IMG/VR virus record: IMGVR_UViG_3300046475_000322
Coordinates: 4,643-68,642 of that record
Length of the DNA: 64,000 nt
Strand: one strand, 5' to 3'
From: a virus
Taxonomy: Duplodnaviria; Caudoviricetes
Shown here one piece after another: positions 44,867 to 53,184 of the stretch. Every line of letters starts with the position of its first letter. Position 1 is the stretch's first letter. The translations under genes were made by a program, and so were the position numbers. Below the pieces are notes generated by a model that ran no database searches, was not told where the DNA came from, and was given only the letters and a program-made list of their open reading frames with translations.

Positions 44867-46423
44867 TCAGACGTATGCGGCACGGGCCGCACTCGGCGGC
44901 GCCTGCTTCTTCGGCGGCCGCAGGAAACGCAGCACACCGTTCCCGACACTGTCCACGAGGTCGTCGTTGAGGCCCTTCGGGAACGCGATCATCTCGTCCT
45001 CAAGGTCCAGCAGTCGCTTCTCGTGCACCACCCGCGGCGGCACCATCTGGTACAGGTTCAGCAGCCGCCCCGCCCGCACCGTCTTCGGCTCCGTGTTGTG
45101 GACCGTCAGCAGCCGGACCGGCAGGCCGTGCAGGATCTCGCGCCACATGTCGCCACCCTGGTTCGTCTCCACCAGCACAGCGCCGACCTCGGGGAACGAG
45201 TCGAGGAGTTGGAACACGCGCTCCCGGAGCGCCGCGCCCTGCATCTTCACCCGCTCCGCGTGCCGGACCACGCACCGGGCCGGGTCAGGACCGGCGGCTG
45301 GCACCCACCCGACCACCGACAGGCCGGTGAAGTCGGAGGACGTCTTCGTCGTTACTGCGCCGTCGATCGAGAGGAGTTGCCGCGCTGCGGGGAGCGGCCC
45401 GTAGGTGAAGTCGGTGGGCGACCAGTACTCCGTGTCCTCCGGGACGGGCTTGTTCGCGAACGACTTCGCGAAAGCCCTGGTCGCCTGAATGGACTCCAAG
45501 TACTCCGTGCTCCAACGCCCCGGCCAAAGAGACCGCTGCGTACCGTCGTCGCGGCGTACCAGCGGCGGGAAGTACGTCACCCGGAACCGCTCCTCGGTGA
45601 TCCACCGGTCCGCCTCGCCCGCCTCCGTCACGCTCTTCGTCAACCTGTCCAGGATCCCGCCCGGGAGATTTACCGTGCCGACGAGACGGACGTGCGCCCG
45701 GTCGTTCATAGGGAGGATGCCGTCAACCAGGGTCGTCAGCCGCTTCTTCGCCTGGTACGCCGAGTAGCCAGCGCCCTCCTCGCCCTCGATGTCGTCGAGG
45801 AGCAGCATGTCCGGGCGCCGGTTCTCCGGGTCGACGAGACCGAGGACTTCCGTCTCGATCCCGCGAGCGGCAAAGCTGAAGGAGGACTTGGTGAACAGCA
45901 ACGCTTGAGAGTCGGCCACTGCGGTGCCGTTGTTCTTGCGGGCGGGCTCGCATAGGGCTGGGTAGTCGAGGCGAAGCAGCCGGTTGGACTGCAACTCGCG
46001 TCGAAGACCGGACAGGTGATCTTGTGCTTGTGTGGCCGAGGAGCTGAATGCGGCCACGAACCTCACGTGACCGTGGCATGCGGCCCAGAGCGGCACCACG
46101 AGGAAAAGTGTCGTGCTCTTTCCTGAGCCTCGCGGAGCCACGTAGGCGCGTCGAGACTCCTTGGGCCCCGGGTCTCGTACCAACTCCAGGGCGTCGCGGT
46201 AGATCTGAAGGTGTACGTCGCCGAACGTGATCCGGCCCTCTGCGTCCTTCAACAGGTGCGGTGTGTAGAGCGTCGCCCACAGCAATGGGTTGAGGCGGGT
46301 CAGCGCCCGGCGCCCCTCCGGGCTGCCGAGCAGCCGTGGGTCCACGCTGGCGACGTAGTCGGCGAGGTCGAAGGTGCCGGCGTCGTATGGCGTCCCGTCG
46401 GGTGCGCAGAGGTAGTTGGCCAC
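44867..46423 (-). CDS. Terminase large subunit
   Basis: APRGSGKST, LLLDDIE, SIDGA...SDFT, NDDLVDS. Confidence 0.92.
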   Translation of the reverse strand: MANYLCAPDGTPYDAGTFDLADYVASVDPRLLGSPEGRRALTRLNPLLWATLYTPHLLKDAEGRITFGDVHLQIYRDALELVRDPGPKESRRAYVAPRGSGKSTTLFLVVPLWAACHGHVRFVAAFSSSATQAQDHLSGLRRELQSNRLLRLDYPALCEPARKNNGTAVADSQALLFTKSSFSFAARGIETEVLGLVDPENRRPDMLLLDDIEGEEGAGYSAYQAKKRLTTLVDGILPMNDRAHVRLVGTVNLPGGILDRLTKSVTEAGEADRWITEERFRVTYFPPLVRRDDGTQRSLWPGRWSTEYLESIQATRAFAKSFANKPVPEDTEYWSPTDFTYGPLPAARQLLSIDGAVTTKTSSDFTGLSVVGWVPAAGPDPARCVVRHAERVKMQGAALRERVFQLLDSFPEVGAVLVETNQGGDMWREILHGLPVRLLTVHNTEPKTVRAGRLLNLYQMVPPRVVHEKRLLDLEDEMIAFPKGLNDDLVDSVGNGVLRFLRPPKKQAPPSAARAAYV

Positions 46424-46426
46424 GGC

Positions 46427-47020
46427 TCAGGACCCGCCCTTGATCTGGGCCTCCTCCGCGGCGTTCTTCGCCTGCGTCTCCCGGATCAGCTCGGCCAGCT
46501 CGATGTCCTGCTGGGTGACTTCGGTGACTTGTGCGTCGACCTTAGTGGGCGCGTCGAGGCCGAGGAGCTTGCGCTGGGATTCGTTGTTCCTGCGGCGGGC
46601 GTCCTCGATCTTGATGAGGCGGTCGATCGCCTGGAGGACGGGCCCGTCGTCGAGGAGCGGTTCGCCGTCGACGGAGATGACGCGCCCGTTGTTGACGGTG
46701 ATGTGATGCCGGGTGAGGACCTGCCGTGCGTGCTGTTCCAGGTCGTCGAGGCGGAGGAGTTCGGCTTCGAGGCGTTCGAGGTGCAGGCTGCGGTAGGCGT
46801 CGATCTTCGGGTCGACGCGGCGCGCCATCTCCTCGCGGAGAAGGTCGCGGGCGGTGGTCCACGGGATGCGCTCCCCGCCGGTCGGGCCGTCAGGCGCCGA
46901 GGTGATCGCTTCGATGGTGCGGAAGGAGTGGCCGGCGAGTTTGAGTTGGAAGACGATCTGGGCTTTCTCTGTCTTCTCGGCCAGGTTCGCGCCCTTGTAT
47001 GGGCTGGGTCCGCCTGCCAT
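46427..47020 (-). CDS. Terminase small subunit
   Basis: N-terminal HTH (LKLAGHSFRTI), KLLGLDAPTK; adjacent to TerL. Confidence 0.8.
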   Translation of the reverse strand: MAGGPSPYKGANLAEKTEKAQIVFQLKLAGHSFRTIEAITSAPDGPTGGERIPWTTARDLLREEMARRVDPKIDAYRSLHLERLEAELLRLDDLEQHARQVLTRHHITVNNGRVISVDGEPLLDDGPVLQAIDRLIKIEDARRRNNESQRKLLGLDAPTKVDAQVTEVTQQDIELAELIRETQAKNAAEEAQIKGGS

Positions 47021-47055
47021 GCCGCCTCCTCATCCTCACGCTTCACGGCCTGTTG

Positions 47056-47070
47056 CCTTTGAATCGTAGG
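47056..47070 (-). promoter_or_regulatory. Putative late-promoter motif before terminase
   Basis: cctacgattcaaagg on minus strand; partial second copy at 47092-47098. Confidence 0.65.
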
Positions 47071-47184
47071 ACACGGACGCCAACTGGTCGCGAATCGTGC
47101 ACCCAGCGTGGGCTGGCGGGCGCATGATCGAAGGCGCGCAAGGTGGAGGCCCCGGAGTGGACGGCGCTCCGGGACCTCGGCGTG

Positions 47185-47811
47185 TCAGGGGCAGGTCTCC
47201 TCGAACTTCACGGCCTTGAACGTCACCGGCTGCCCGCTGATCTTCGCTCCCGGCGTCGGTGTCTGGCTGCACACCTGCCAGCCCGACTCCAAGATGATGA
47301 CGCGGCTCCGGCCCGAAGCGTCCTCCACCTGGATCGACGTGCTCGAATCCAGCGCGCCCCGCGCGGCCTTCACCGACTTGCCCTTGAAGTCCGGCATCGT
47401 CCCGCCGGCCGCCGACGTCGCGGATTGATCCTTCGCCGGGCAGGTCTCGTCGACCTTCACCGCGCCGAAGTCCAGCCTCGTGTCGACGCTGACCGTGCTG
47501 CCGGCGGCAGGCTTCTGGGAGCAGACCTTCCAGTCGCGGTCGAAGACCTGCATCCGGTCACGGCCGAGGGAGTCGTGGCTCGTAAGGACGTAGAACCCGG
47601 CGGCTTGGGCGGCATCTTGGGCGGACTGGAGCCCCTTGCCGACGAGGTTGGGCACGGCCTTGGCGGCGGCTCCGGTGGCCTTGCCGCTGCCGGATGTGGG
47701 TGCGCTGGAGGTGCTGCTGCCTGTCGTGGTGGTGCTCTTGCAGGCGGTGTCGGTCGAGGCGATGGCGACGATGGTGATGGCGGCGGCAGTGGCGGTGCGC
47801 CAGTTGGCCAT
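47185..47811 (-). CDS. Secreted/lipoprotein with two PASTA domains
   Basis: Signal plus DTAC; VPNLVGKGLQSAQ and MPDFKGKSVKAAR, each with W.VCSQ.P. Confidence 0.85.
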   Translation of the reverse strand: MANWRTATAAAITIVAIASTDTACKSTTTTGSSTSSAPTSGSGKATGAAAKAVPNLVGKGLQSAQDAAQAAGFYVLTSHDSLGRDRMQVFDRDWKVCSQKPAAGSTVSVDTRLDFGAVKVDETCPAKDQSATSAAGGTMPDFKGKSVKAARGALDSSTSIQVEDASGRSRVIILESGWQVCSQTPTPGAKISGQPVTFKAVKFEETCP

Positions 47812-47924
47812 GGTTCCCCCTGGGTTGTGCGGGTTGTGGTGGTCGGTGAGATTACGGAGGGGGATGGCGGCGTGTGGGGTGTGTGACGGGGTTGTGACAC
47901 GAACGGGTGGCGGGGCATGCGACG

Positions 47925-47957
47925 GAGGGGCTCGACCGGGTGGCGGTCGAGCCCCTC
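47925..47957 (-). terminator. Hairpin terminator
   Basis: gaggggctcgaccg/cggtcgagcccctc 14-bp stem. Confidence 0.7.
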
Positions 47958-47974
47958 AGCTGTACGGGGTGCGG

Positions 47975-48238
47975 TCAGTTGTTGCGGAGGATCTGGTACC
48001 TCAGCTCGGCCTCGGGCGACCGGTCGAAGAGCCAGCCCTCGCCGTGCTGGTCGCAGTACTGGCTGCCCTCTTCGCTGCCGGGCATGAGTCGGCAGTGGTC
48101 ATGCTCGTCGACGCGGGGGCAGCATCCGCACGTGGCCTCGCAGCAGTCGCCCTCGCCGTAGGGGTCGTCGGGGCCGGGCTTGGTGCAGTCTTCACAGCGG
48201 TCACCGGTGCAGTAGCGCTGTTCGGTCATGGGGTTCAT
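47975..48238 (-). CDS. Cys-rich small protein
   Basis: 10 Cys and 3 His in 87 aa. Confidence 0.65.
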   Translation of the reverse strand: MNPMTEQRYCTGDRCEDCTKPGPDDPYGEGDCCEATCGCCPRVDEHDHCRLMPGSEEGSQYCDQHGEGWLFDRSPEAELRYQILRNN

Positions 48239-48295
48239 CCTGTCGTGTCGGCGGGTCAGGCTGGTCTGGTTCGTCTGCTGCGCCGTGAAGATGGT

Positions 48296-49027
48296 TCAGA
48301 CGCCGTCCTTGCGGTCTCGCTCGGCCTTCTTGCGCGCCTGGTACTCGCGGGAACTCCTCGCCGTGCACGTGCGGCAGACCCGTTGACCACGGCAATACCT
48401 GGTGTTGGCCTCGTCGTACGGGTGGCCATGCGGGCAATGGGTCCTGTCCCCAGGCGGCGGAAGGACCGCTCGCCCTTCCTGCTCCGCCCTCTCCCGTCGC
48501 TGACGCCTGTCCAGCTCGCGGTGACACTGGTAGCAGGCCCGGCCACCGCTCGGGCGTAGGTAGAGCGCATCGCCCTCCAGCTCGTGACCGTTGACGCACG
48601 TCGCCCTCTTCGCGTGCTCGGCGGCCCAGGACAAGCTGGTCAGCACGTTGTCGCGCGGGGTTACGGGCTTCAGGTGTGACGGGTTGGCGCACCGCCGGTG
48701 GAGGCACTCCTCCCCACCCGCGCACTCCTGACGCTTGATCGCTTCGGTGTGGCAGGCGTGGTCGAGGTGCATGCCGTCGGGGATCGCCCCGACGAAGACC
48801 AGGTACGAGAAGCGGTGAGTGTTCACGCCAATGCCCTGGATCTTGGTCATTCCGTACATGGTGGGAGCGAGATACCCCGTCCAGTGCCAGCAGCCACTGT
48901 CCGCGACTTCGAGCTTGGCAGCGAAGGTCTGGAGGCGCTTCACGGTCACTGTCCGCTGCTGCCCCTTAGCGAGGGTGATCGTCATGGGGGTCCAGCCGTC
49001 GATCAGTTCCTGAATTGCGGGATGCAT
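48296..49027 (-). CDS. HNH homing endonuclease
   Basis: GCWHWTG, HRFSY, LDHAC, CANPSHL, two C-terminal zinc modules. Confidence 0.9.
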   Translation of the reverse strand: MHPAIQELIDGWTPMTITLAKGQQRTVTVKRLQTFAAKLEVADSGCWHWTGYLAPTMYGMTKIQGIGVNTHRFSYLVFVGAIPDGMHLDHACHTEAIKRQECAGGEECLHRRCANPSHLKPVTPRDNVLTSLSWAAEHAKRATCVNGHELEGDALYLRPSGGRACYQCHRELDRRQRRERAEQEGRAVLPPPGDRTHCPHGHPYDEANTRYCRGQRVCRTCTARSSREYQARKKAERDRKDGV

Positions 49028-49039
49028 CTTGTTCCTTCG

Positions 49040-49378
49040 TCAGGCGGCGAGCAGCAGGCGGGCGGCGAGCTGGTGGTAGCAGCGGCTGCCCTTGAGGCCA
49101 GCCGGGCAGTTACAGGTGGTGGGTGCGGTGCGGTAGGTCTCGGTCCCGTCGGTGCTGACGGCGATGAAGACCGCGCTGCGGAGGGGGATGATCGCGCCGT
49201 CTTCGATCAGCTCGCGGGCGGAAGCGATCTGGTGGGGCTTGTAGTCCGTGGTGTCGACGGCGGCGTTGCGGATCTTGCGGGCGCAGCGGGGGCCGTAGCC
49301 GAGGGCGATCGACTTGGCGGACCGGAGAACGCGGTGGCAGTGGAGGCAACGGGCCTGGTCGGTGGTGGTGTTCTGCAT
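49040..49378 (-). CDS. DUF6011-like plus SWIM zinc-finger protein
   Basis: CLHCHRVLRSAKSIALGYGPRC; CNCPAG..SRCYH. Confidence 0.8.
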   Translation of the reverse strand: MQNTTTDQARCLHCHRVLRSAKSIALGYGPRCARKIRNAAVDTTDYKPHQIASARELIEDGAIIPLRSAVFIAVSTDGTETYRTAPTTCNCPAGLKGSRCYHQLAARLLLAA

Positions 49379-49395
49379 TGCTGCCTCCGCGATTC

Positions 49396-49485
49396 GACTG
49401 CCAACTTTGTTGACGTGCTCAGCATGGCAGACCCGAGGGTCGACTGCAACATAGTTGGCAGTCTTTCGTCTAGAAAGTTGGCGCC
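49396..49485. promoter_or_regulatory. Operator inverted repeat in divergent region
   Basis: gactgccaactttgttg/caacatagttggcagtc (16/17) plus third aaagttggc at 49474. Confidence 0.7.
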
Positions 49486-49506
49486 GATCCGTGAGAGCAT
49501 CCCCAT

Positions 49507-49860
49507 ATGACGCCGAACATCAGCCCCTCCGACGCAGCCGCCCACATCCGCAAACTCGACCGCGCCACCGCCGCCCACGAGAAGACCCGCCGCACTCTCG
49601 ACGAGACCATCGCCGACGCGCGCACGGCCGGGCTCCCGCTCACGACCATCTCGGAGCACACGCCGTACAGCCGCGAGTGGGCACGGAAGATCGCCAACCG
49701 GGTCGACGCTGAACGGTGCAACGCCGTGGGAGACGCGCCCAACAGCCTCGGCACCGAGCGCTGCGAACTCCCTGCTGGCCACGACGGGCGTCACTACCAG
49801 GGGACCACCACGTGGCCCAACCGCGAGCGTCCGGTGGGCAGCGAGGGGAAGAACGCATGA
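49507..49860 (+). CDS. Small HTH regulator
   Basis: IADARTAGLPLTTISEHTPYSREWARKIA. Confidence 0.75.
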   Translation: MTPNISPSDAAAHIRKLDRATAAHEKTRRTLDETIADARTAGLPLTTISEHTPYSREWARKIANRVDAERCNAVGDAPNSLGTERCELPAGHDGRHYQGTTTWPNRERPVGSEGKNA

Positions 49861-50273
49861 GCGAGACGTCCACCACCCCGAGGCCTCTGCCTACCCCACC
49901 CCTCTACGACTGCCCGTTCTGCGCCATCGTCGCCGGACGTGCGCCCGCGCAGATCTTCCACGAGTGGGACGACGCGCTCGCGATCGTGCCGCTGAACCCG
50001 GTGACGGAGGGGCATCTGCTCGTCATCCCGAAGGTGCACGTGGCCGACGTCGGGCACGACCCCGAGGTGAGCGCGGCCACGATGCGGCGCGCCGCGCAGC
50101 TCGCTGCGAGTCAGTGGTGCAACGTCATCACCTCGCGCGGCAGGGTGGCGACGCAGTCCGTCTTCCACCTCCATCTGCACCTGGTCCCGCGCTCCGAGGG
50201 GGATGGCCTCGCACTGCCCTGGGACCCGAGCGTCGCGGGTCTGGTGCGCCCGGGTGAGGAGCCCACCACATGA
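49857..50273 (+). CDS. HIT-family nucleotide hydrolase
   Basis: ATG 49857; CPFCAIV, GHLLVIPK.H, QSVFHLHLHLVPR. Confidence 0.93.
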   Translation: MSETSTTPRPLPTPPLYDCPFCAIVAGRAPAQIFHEWDDALAIVPLNPVTEGHLLVIPKVHVADVGHDPEVSAATMRRAAQLAASQWCNVITSRGRVATQSVFHLHLHLVPRSEGDGLALPWDPSVAGLVRPGEEPTT

Positions 50274-50491
50274 GCGCACGCATCCATATCAGCGGAGGTC
50301 CCCACGATGGCCAAACGCTGACGTGGGAGACGGCGGACCCTCCCGACATCATCAGCCTGCCAGTTCCCCCCGACACGCCAACGGCCCCGACCAGTACGGC
50401 CCACTACTGGCGCGGTCGGAACTGGGCCGGCCGCACGATCCACGTCGATGACGGAGCGACCGTCTACGAGTTCAACAGCGAGACCGCATGA
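50270..50491 (+). CDS. Hypothetical protein (73 aa)
   Basis: ISGGPHDG motif; overlaps HIT stop. Confidence 0.65.
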   Translation: MSARIHISGGPHDGQTLTWETADPPDIISLPVPPDTPTAPTSTAHYWRGRNWAGRTIHVDDGATVYEFNSETA

Positions 50492-50494
50492 CGA

Positions 50495-50523
50495 AGGCCC
50501 CGCCCCATCCCGGGTGCGGGGCC
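50495..50523. terminator. Hairpin between convergent genes
   Basis: aggccccgc/gcggggcct stem. Confidence 0.55.
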
Positions 50524-50538
50524 TCTGCGTGTCTGCGT

Positions 50539-50778
50539 CTACCGGGTGTTCTCCTCGATCACGCCCGTCACGATCTTCGACAGCGCGTCGTCCGACAGCC
50601 CGTCACACTCCGACGGCCGCTCCGGTTCCCCCTTCAGGGTCGCGGTCCCTGGCTCGTACTGCGCCCGGATCGCGGTCCGGCAGGCGGCCGGGTCGGGGTC
50701 GTGGTGGTCGCTGCCGCATCCGACAGCACCCCCGGCGAGCAGCAGGGCGGCGAGCAGGGCGGTGGTGGTGTGGCGCAT
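50539..50778 (-). CDS. Small lipoprotein
   Basis: ATG 50778; LLAALLLAGGAVGC lipobox. Confidence 0.8.
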   Translation of the reverse strand: MRHTTTALLAALLLAGGAVGCGSDHHDPDPAACRTAIRAQYEPGTATLKGEPERPSECDGLSDDALSKIVTGVIEENTR

Positions 50779-50895
50779 GGGTCCCCCCGGGACGTGAGTG
50801 TGGCGGGGAGCGTAGCGGCGGCCACCGACAGCAGGGGCGGGAACGCGGGGAAGCCCCACCGTCTGGGTGACAGCGGGGCCTCGGCGCGGCGGGGG

Positions 50896-51039
50896 TTACA
50901 GCGCGGAGTCGAACGTGATCGGCTTGACCGGACGGCGGCCCGGAATGTCGGTGACCCGGGCGGCGGCGCGAGCGGCAGTGGCACGGTCGATCTGCGCGAG
51001 CGGAGTATGCGGCCGGCGGGTCGGCTTCGGCTGGTTCAC
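50896..51039 (-). CDS. Possible 47-aa peptide
   Basis: Hand-translated MNQPKPTRR...ITFDSAL; fills gap; below ORF-track cutoff. Confidence 0.4.
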   Translation of the reverse strand: MNQPKPTRRPHTPLAQIDRATAARAAARVTDIPGRRPVKPITFDSAL

Positions 51040-51154
51040 GGGCTGGTCCTATCCGGGGTGTGAGGGGCGGGCCTCGCCGCGACGGGGGGTGTGGCGGCGG
51101 GGCCCGCAGGGTGCCGGGCGCGACCCGGCTCGGCTCGTCCAGTGTGGCAGTCCG

Positions 51155-51406
51155 TCACCGTCCCCACGCCCGAGCCACGAACTCCGCGACCGCGAGCAGC
51201 GCAAGGAGTCCGAGGGCCGCGCCGGTGGACACGTACCGCCCGTCCGGATCCGGTGTGCTGCCCGGCACGCGGACGATGGCCTCGCCGCGCGGTATCAGCC
51301 CGCCGTGCTCGACGTCGCGGTGCTCCTGCCGGTACTCCTCGGCGGCGCGCCGCGGCCCGGGCGGGCTGGACGCGCGGCATCTGGCGCAGCGGTAGATGTA
51401 CGGCAT
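51155..51406 (-). CDS. Small zinc-binding membrane-anchored protein
   Basis: YRCARC...H; C-terminal TM. Confidence 0.65.
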   Translation of the reverse strand: MPYIYRCARCRASSPPGPRRAAEEYRQEHRDVEHGGLIPRGEAIVRVPGSTPDPDGRYVSTGAALGLLALLAVAEFVARAWGR

Positions 51407-52104
51407 CAGCGTTCCTTCTTGAAGGAGTGGGTGCGGTGCCGGTCGGCCGGATCGTTGATGATCGTCATCCCCTCTCGGGACTGCACGCGCAACCTGTTGT
51501 TGGTGTTGGTGTTGGCGTCCTCACCTGCAACAACAACCTGCGAAGAGGGGGCGGCCGGGGGCGGGGGCGTGGCGGGCAGATCGTCGCGGTGCACGCCGGG
51601 CCCGTTCCCTCGGCGTGTGCGTACCCCCGGCCGCACCGCAATGCTGGCCGCGGCCAGCAGCTCCCGCACGGCCCGCGTGTCAGCGGCGTGGAGGGGCGCG
51701 CGGAGGGCGGTGAGGAGGATCCCGGTGTCGTCGCCGACGAGGTCGCGGACGAGGTCGGTGACGTCCTGTGGATCGGGCTCTCCTGGCTCGTCGTCGGCTG
51801 CCTCGTCGTCGGCCTCGGCCGCGGCGACGGGGGCAGCCCATAGCGCGGCCACGCACCAGCCGACGACCGAGCCAGGCACGGCGAACCGGGCCACGTCGGG
51901 CGCGTGCTGACACCCGTACACGGTCACGTACCCGCCGAACGCGACCACGCCGACCTGCTCCCAGATGCTGAGGTGCTCGCCGAGCTGGGTCCAGCCGCGG
52001 CGGACGAGGATGCAGGTCCCAGCCCATAGGGCGTGGCCCGCCCCCGTGAACGCGAGGACGGGCCGGATCTCCGCCGTGAGCCAGGCAGGCAGGCGGGGCT
52101 TCAT
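51406..52104 (-). CDS. Membrane protein with C-terminal cytoplasmic domain (spread-like)
   Basis: ATG 52104; about 3 TM, acidic linker, GILLTALRAPL..TRAVRELL. Confidence 0.65.
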   Translation of the reverse strand: MKPRLPAWLTAEIRPVLAFTGAGHALWAGTCILVRRGWTQLGEHLSIWEQVGVVAFGGYVTVYGCQHAPDVARFAVPGSVVGWCVAALWAAPVAAAEADDEAADDEPGEPDPQDVTDLVRDLVGDDTGILLTALRAPLHAADTRAVRELLAAASIAVRPGVRTRRGNGPGVHRDDLPATPPPPAAPSSQVVVAGEDANTNTNNRLRVQSREGMTIINDPADRHRTHSFKKER

Positions 52105-52619
52105 CAGAGGACGCCGACCGCGTGCGCGCCCGTGAGGATCAGCGCTTGCGGCAGGCCCCAGATCCCGCCGGCCTGTGCCCATACCCCGGCGGCGAGGATG
52201 CCGGTGAAGGCGGCTTTCCCGGGGGCGAGTTCGCGGAAGTACATGAGTGCTGCGAGTCCCAGCGATACGGCGCCCATGCCTGCGGTGCCGAAGCCGCCGC
52301 CGGTGAACACTCCGGCGAACGCGTTGGACACGTTGGTGCCGATGGTCCAGATCGATCCGGCGCCCATGTAGAAGGTGCCTGCGGCGACGCCGGTCCACTG
52401 CGCCTGGTCGGAGGTGAGGCGCTTACGGATGCGGGACTTCTTCGCGCCGCCCCCTCCGCCACCCGGGCTGGCCGCGGCGGGCGCGCCCTTGGGTTCGCGG
52501 ATTCCGGCGACGAGGATCACGGTGAGGGCGGTGGCGATGCCGCCGGCTCCGACGGTGCCGAGGATTTTCCCGCCTTCGACGCTGATGGCGGGGGCGGCGG
52601 CGAGCATGTTCGCGATCAC
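52104..52619 (-). CDS. Gly-rich multi-TM membrane protein
   Basis: GTG 52619; Gly/Ala-rich helices. Confidence 0.7.
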   Translation of the reverse strand: MIANMLAAAPAISVEGGKILGTVGAGGIATALTVILVAGIREPKGAPAAASPGGGGGGAKKSRIRKRLTSDQAQWTGVAAGTFYMGAGSIWTIGTNVSNAFAGVFTGGGFGTAGMGAVSLGLAALMYFRELAPGKAAFTGILAAGVWAQAGGIWGLPQALILTGAHAVGVL

Positions 52620-52632
52620 GTGTTCTTCCTGT

Positions 52633-53184
52633 TCAAGAGGCGGCGGGTGCCCAGAGGGCGAGGGCGAGGATGGCGGTGGCGAGGGGGATGCGGGCGGCCC
52701 AGGCGATGCCGGGCCACCAGTGGCGGGTGCGCCGGTCCCAGTAGTGGGCGACGAGCAGGCTGGTGGCGATGCCGAGGACCAGGGCGCCGCTGACGCTGTA
52801 CTGCTGGCCGCAGTCGGCGAGCGCGGCGGCGCACTGCTGGTAGAGGCCGAGACCCCATCCGGCGCCCGCAGCGCTGGCGTTGTAGAGCAGGCGTCGGGTC
52901 TTCGGGCCGATCGCGGCGGAGGCCTGGTCGGGGATGCGGGTGACGGCGGCGGGCATGTGCGGGCGCGGGTAGTACCCGGGCTGCGCCTGCAACCAGCCGG
53001 GCCCGGACGGGTCGTCCTCCTCGGCCGACTCCTTGTCGGCCGCAGCCTTCGTGTCGGTGTCGTCGTAGAGGTCGTTCCACCAGTCGTCGGTGGCCATGGT
53101 GTCTCCGTGCGCGTCGGGGCCCACGCCGTGGCGGCGGAGCCAGTGCTGTACGCGGCGCTCATCGGGGCCGGGCTCGCGGGTCAC
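52633..53184 (-). CDS. Membrane protein
   Basis: Acidic N-terminus, 3 C-terminal TM. Confidence 0.7.
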   Translation of the reverse strand: MTREPGPDERRVQHWLRRHGVGPDAHGDTMATDDWWNDLYDDTDTKAAADKESAEEDDPSGPGWLQAQPGYYPRPHMPAAVTRIPDQASAAIGPKTRRLLYNASAAGAGWGLGLYQQCAAALADCGQQYSVSGALVLGIATSLLVAHYWDRRTRHWWPGIAWAARIPLATAILALALWAPAAS

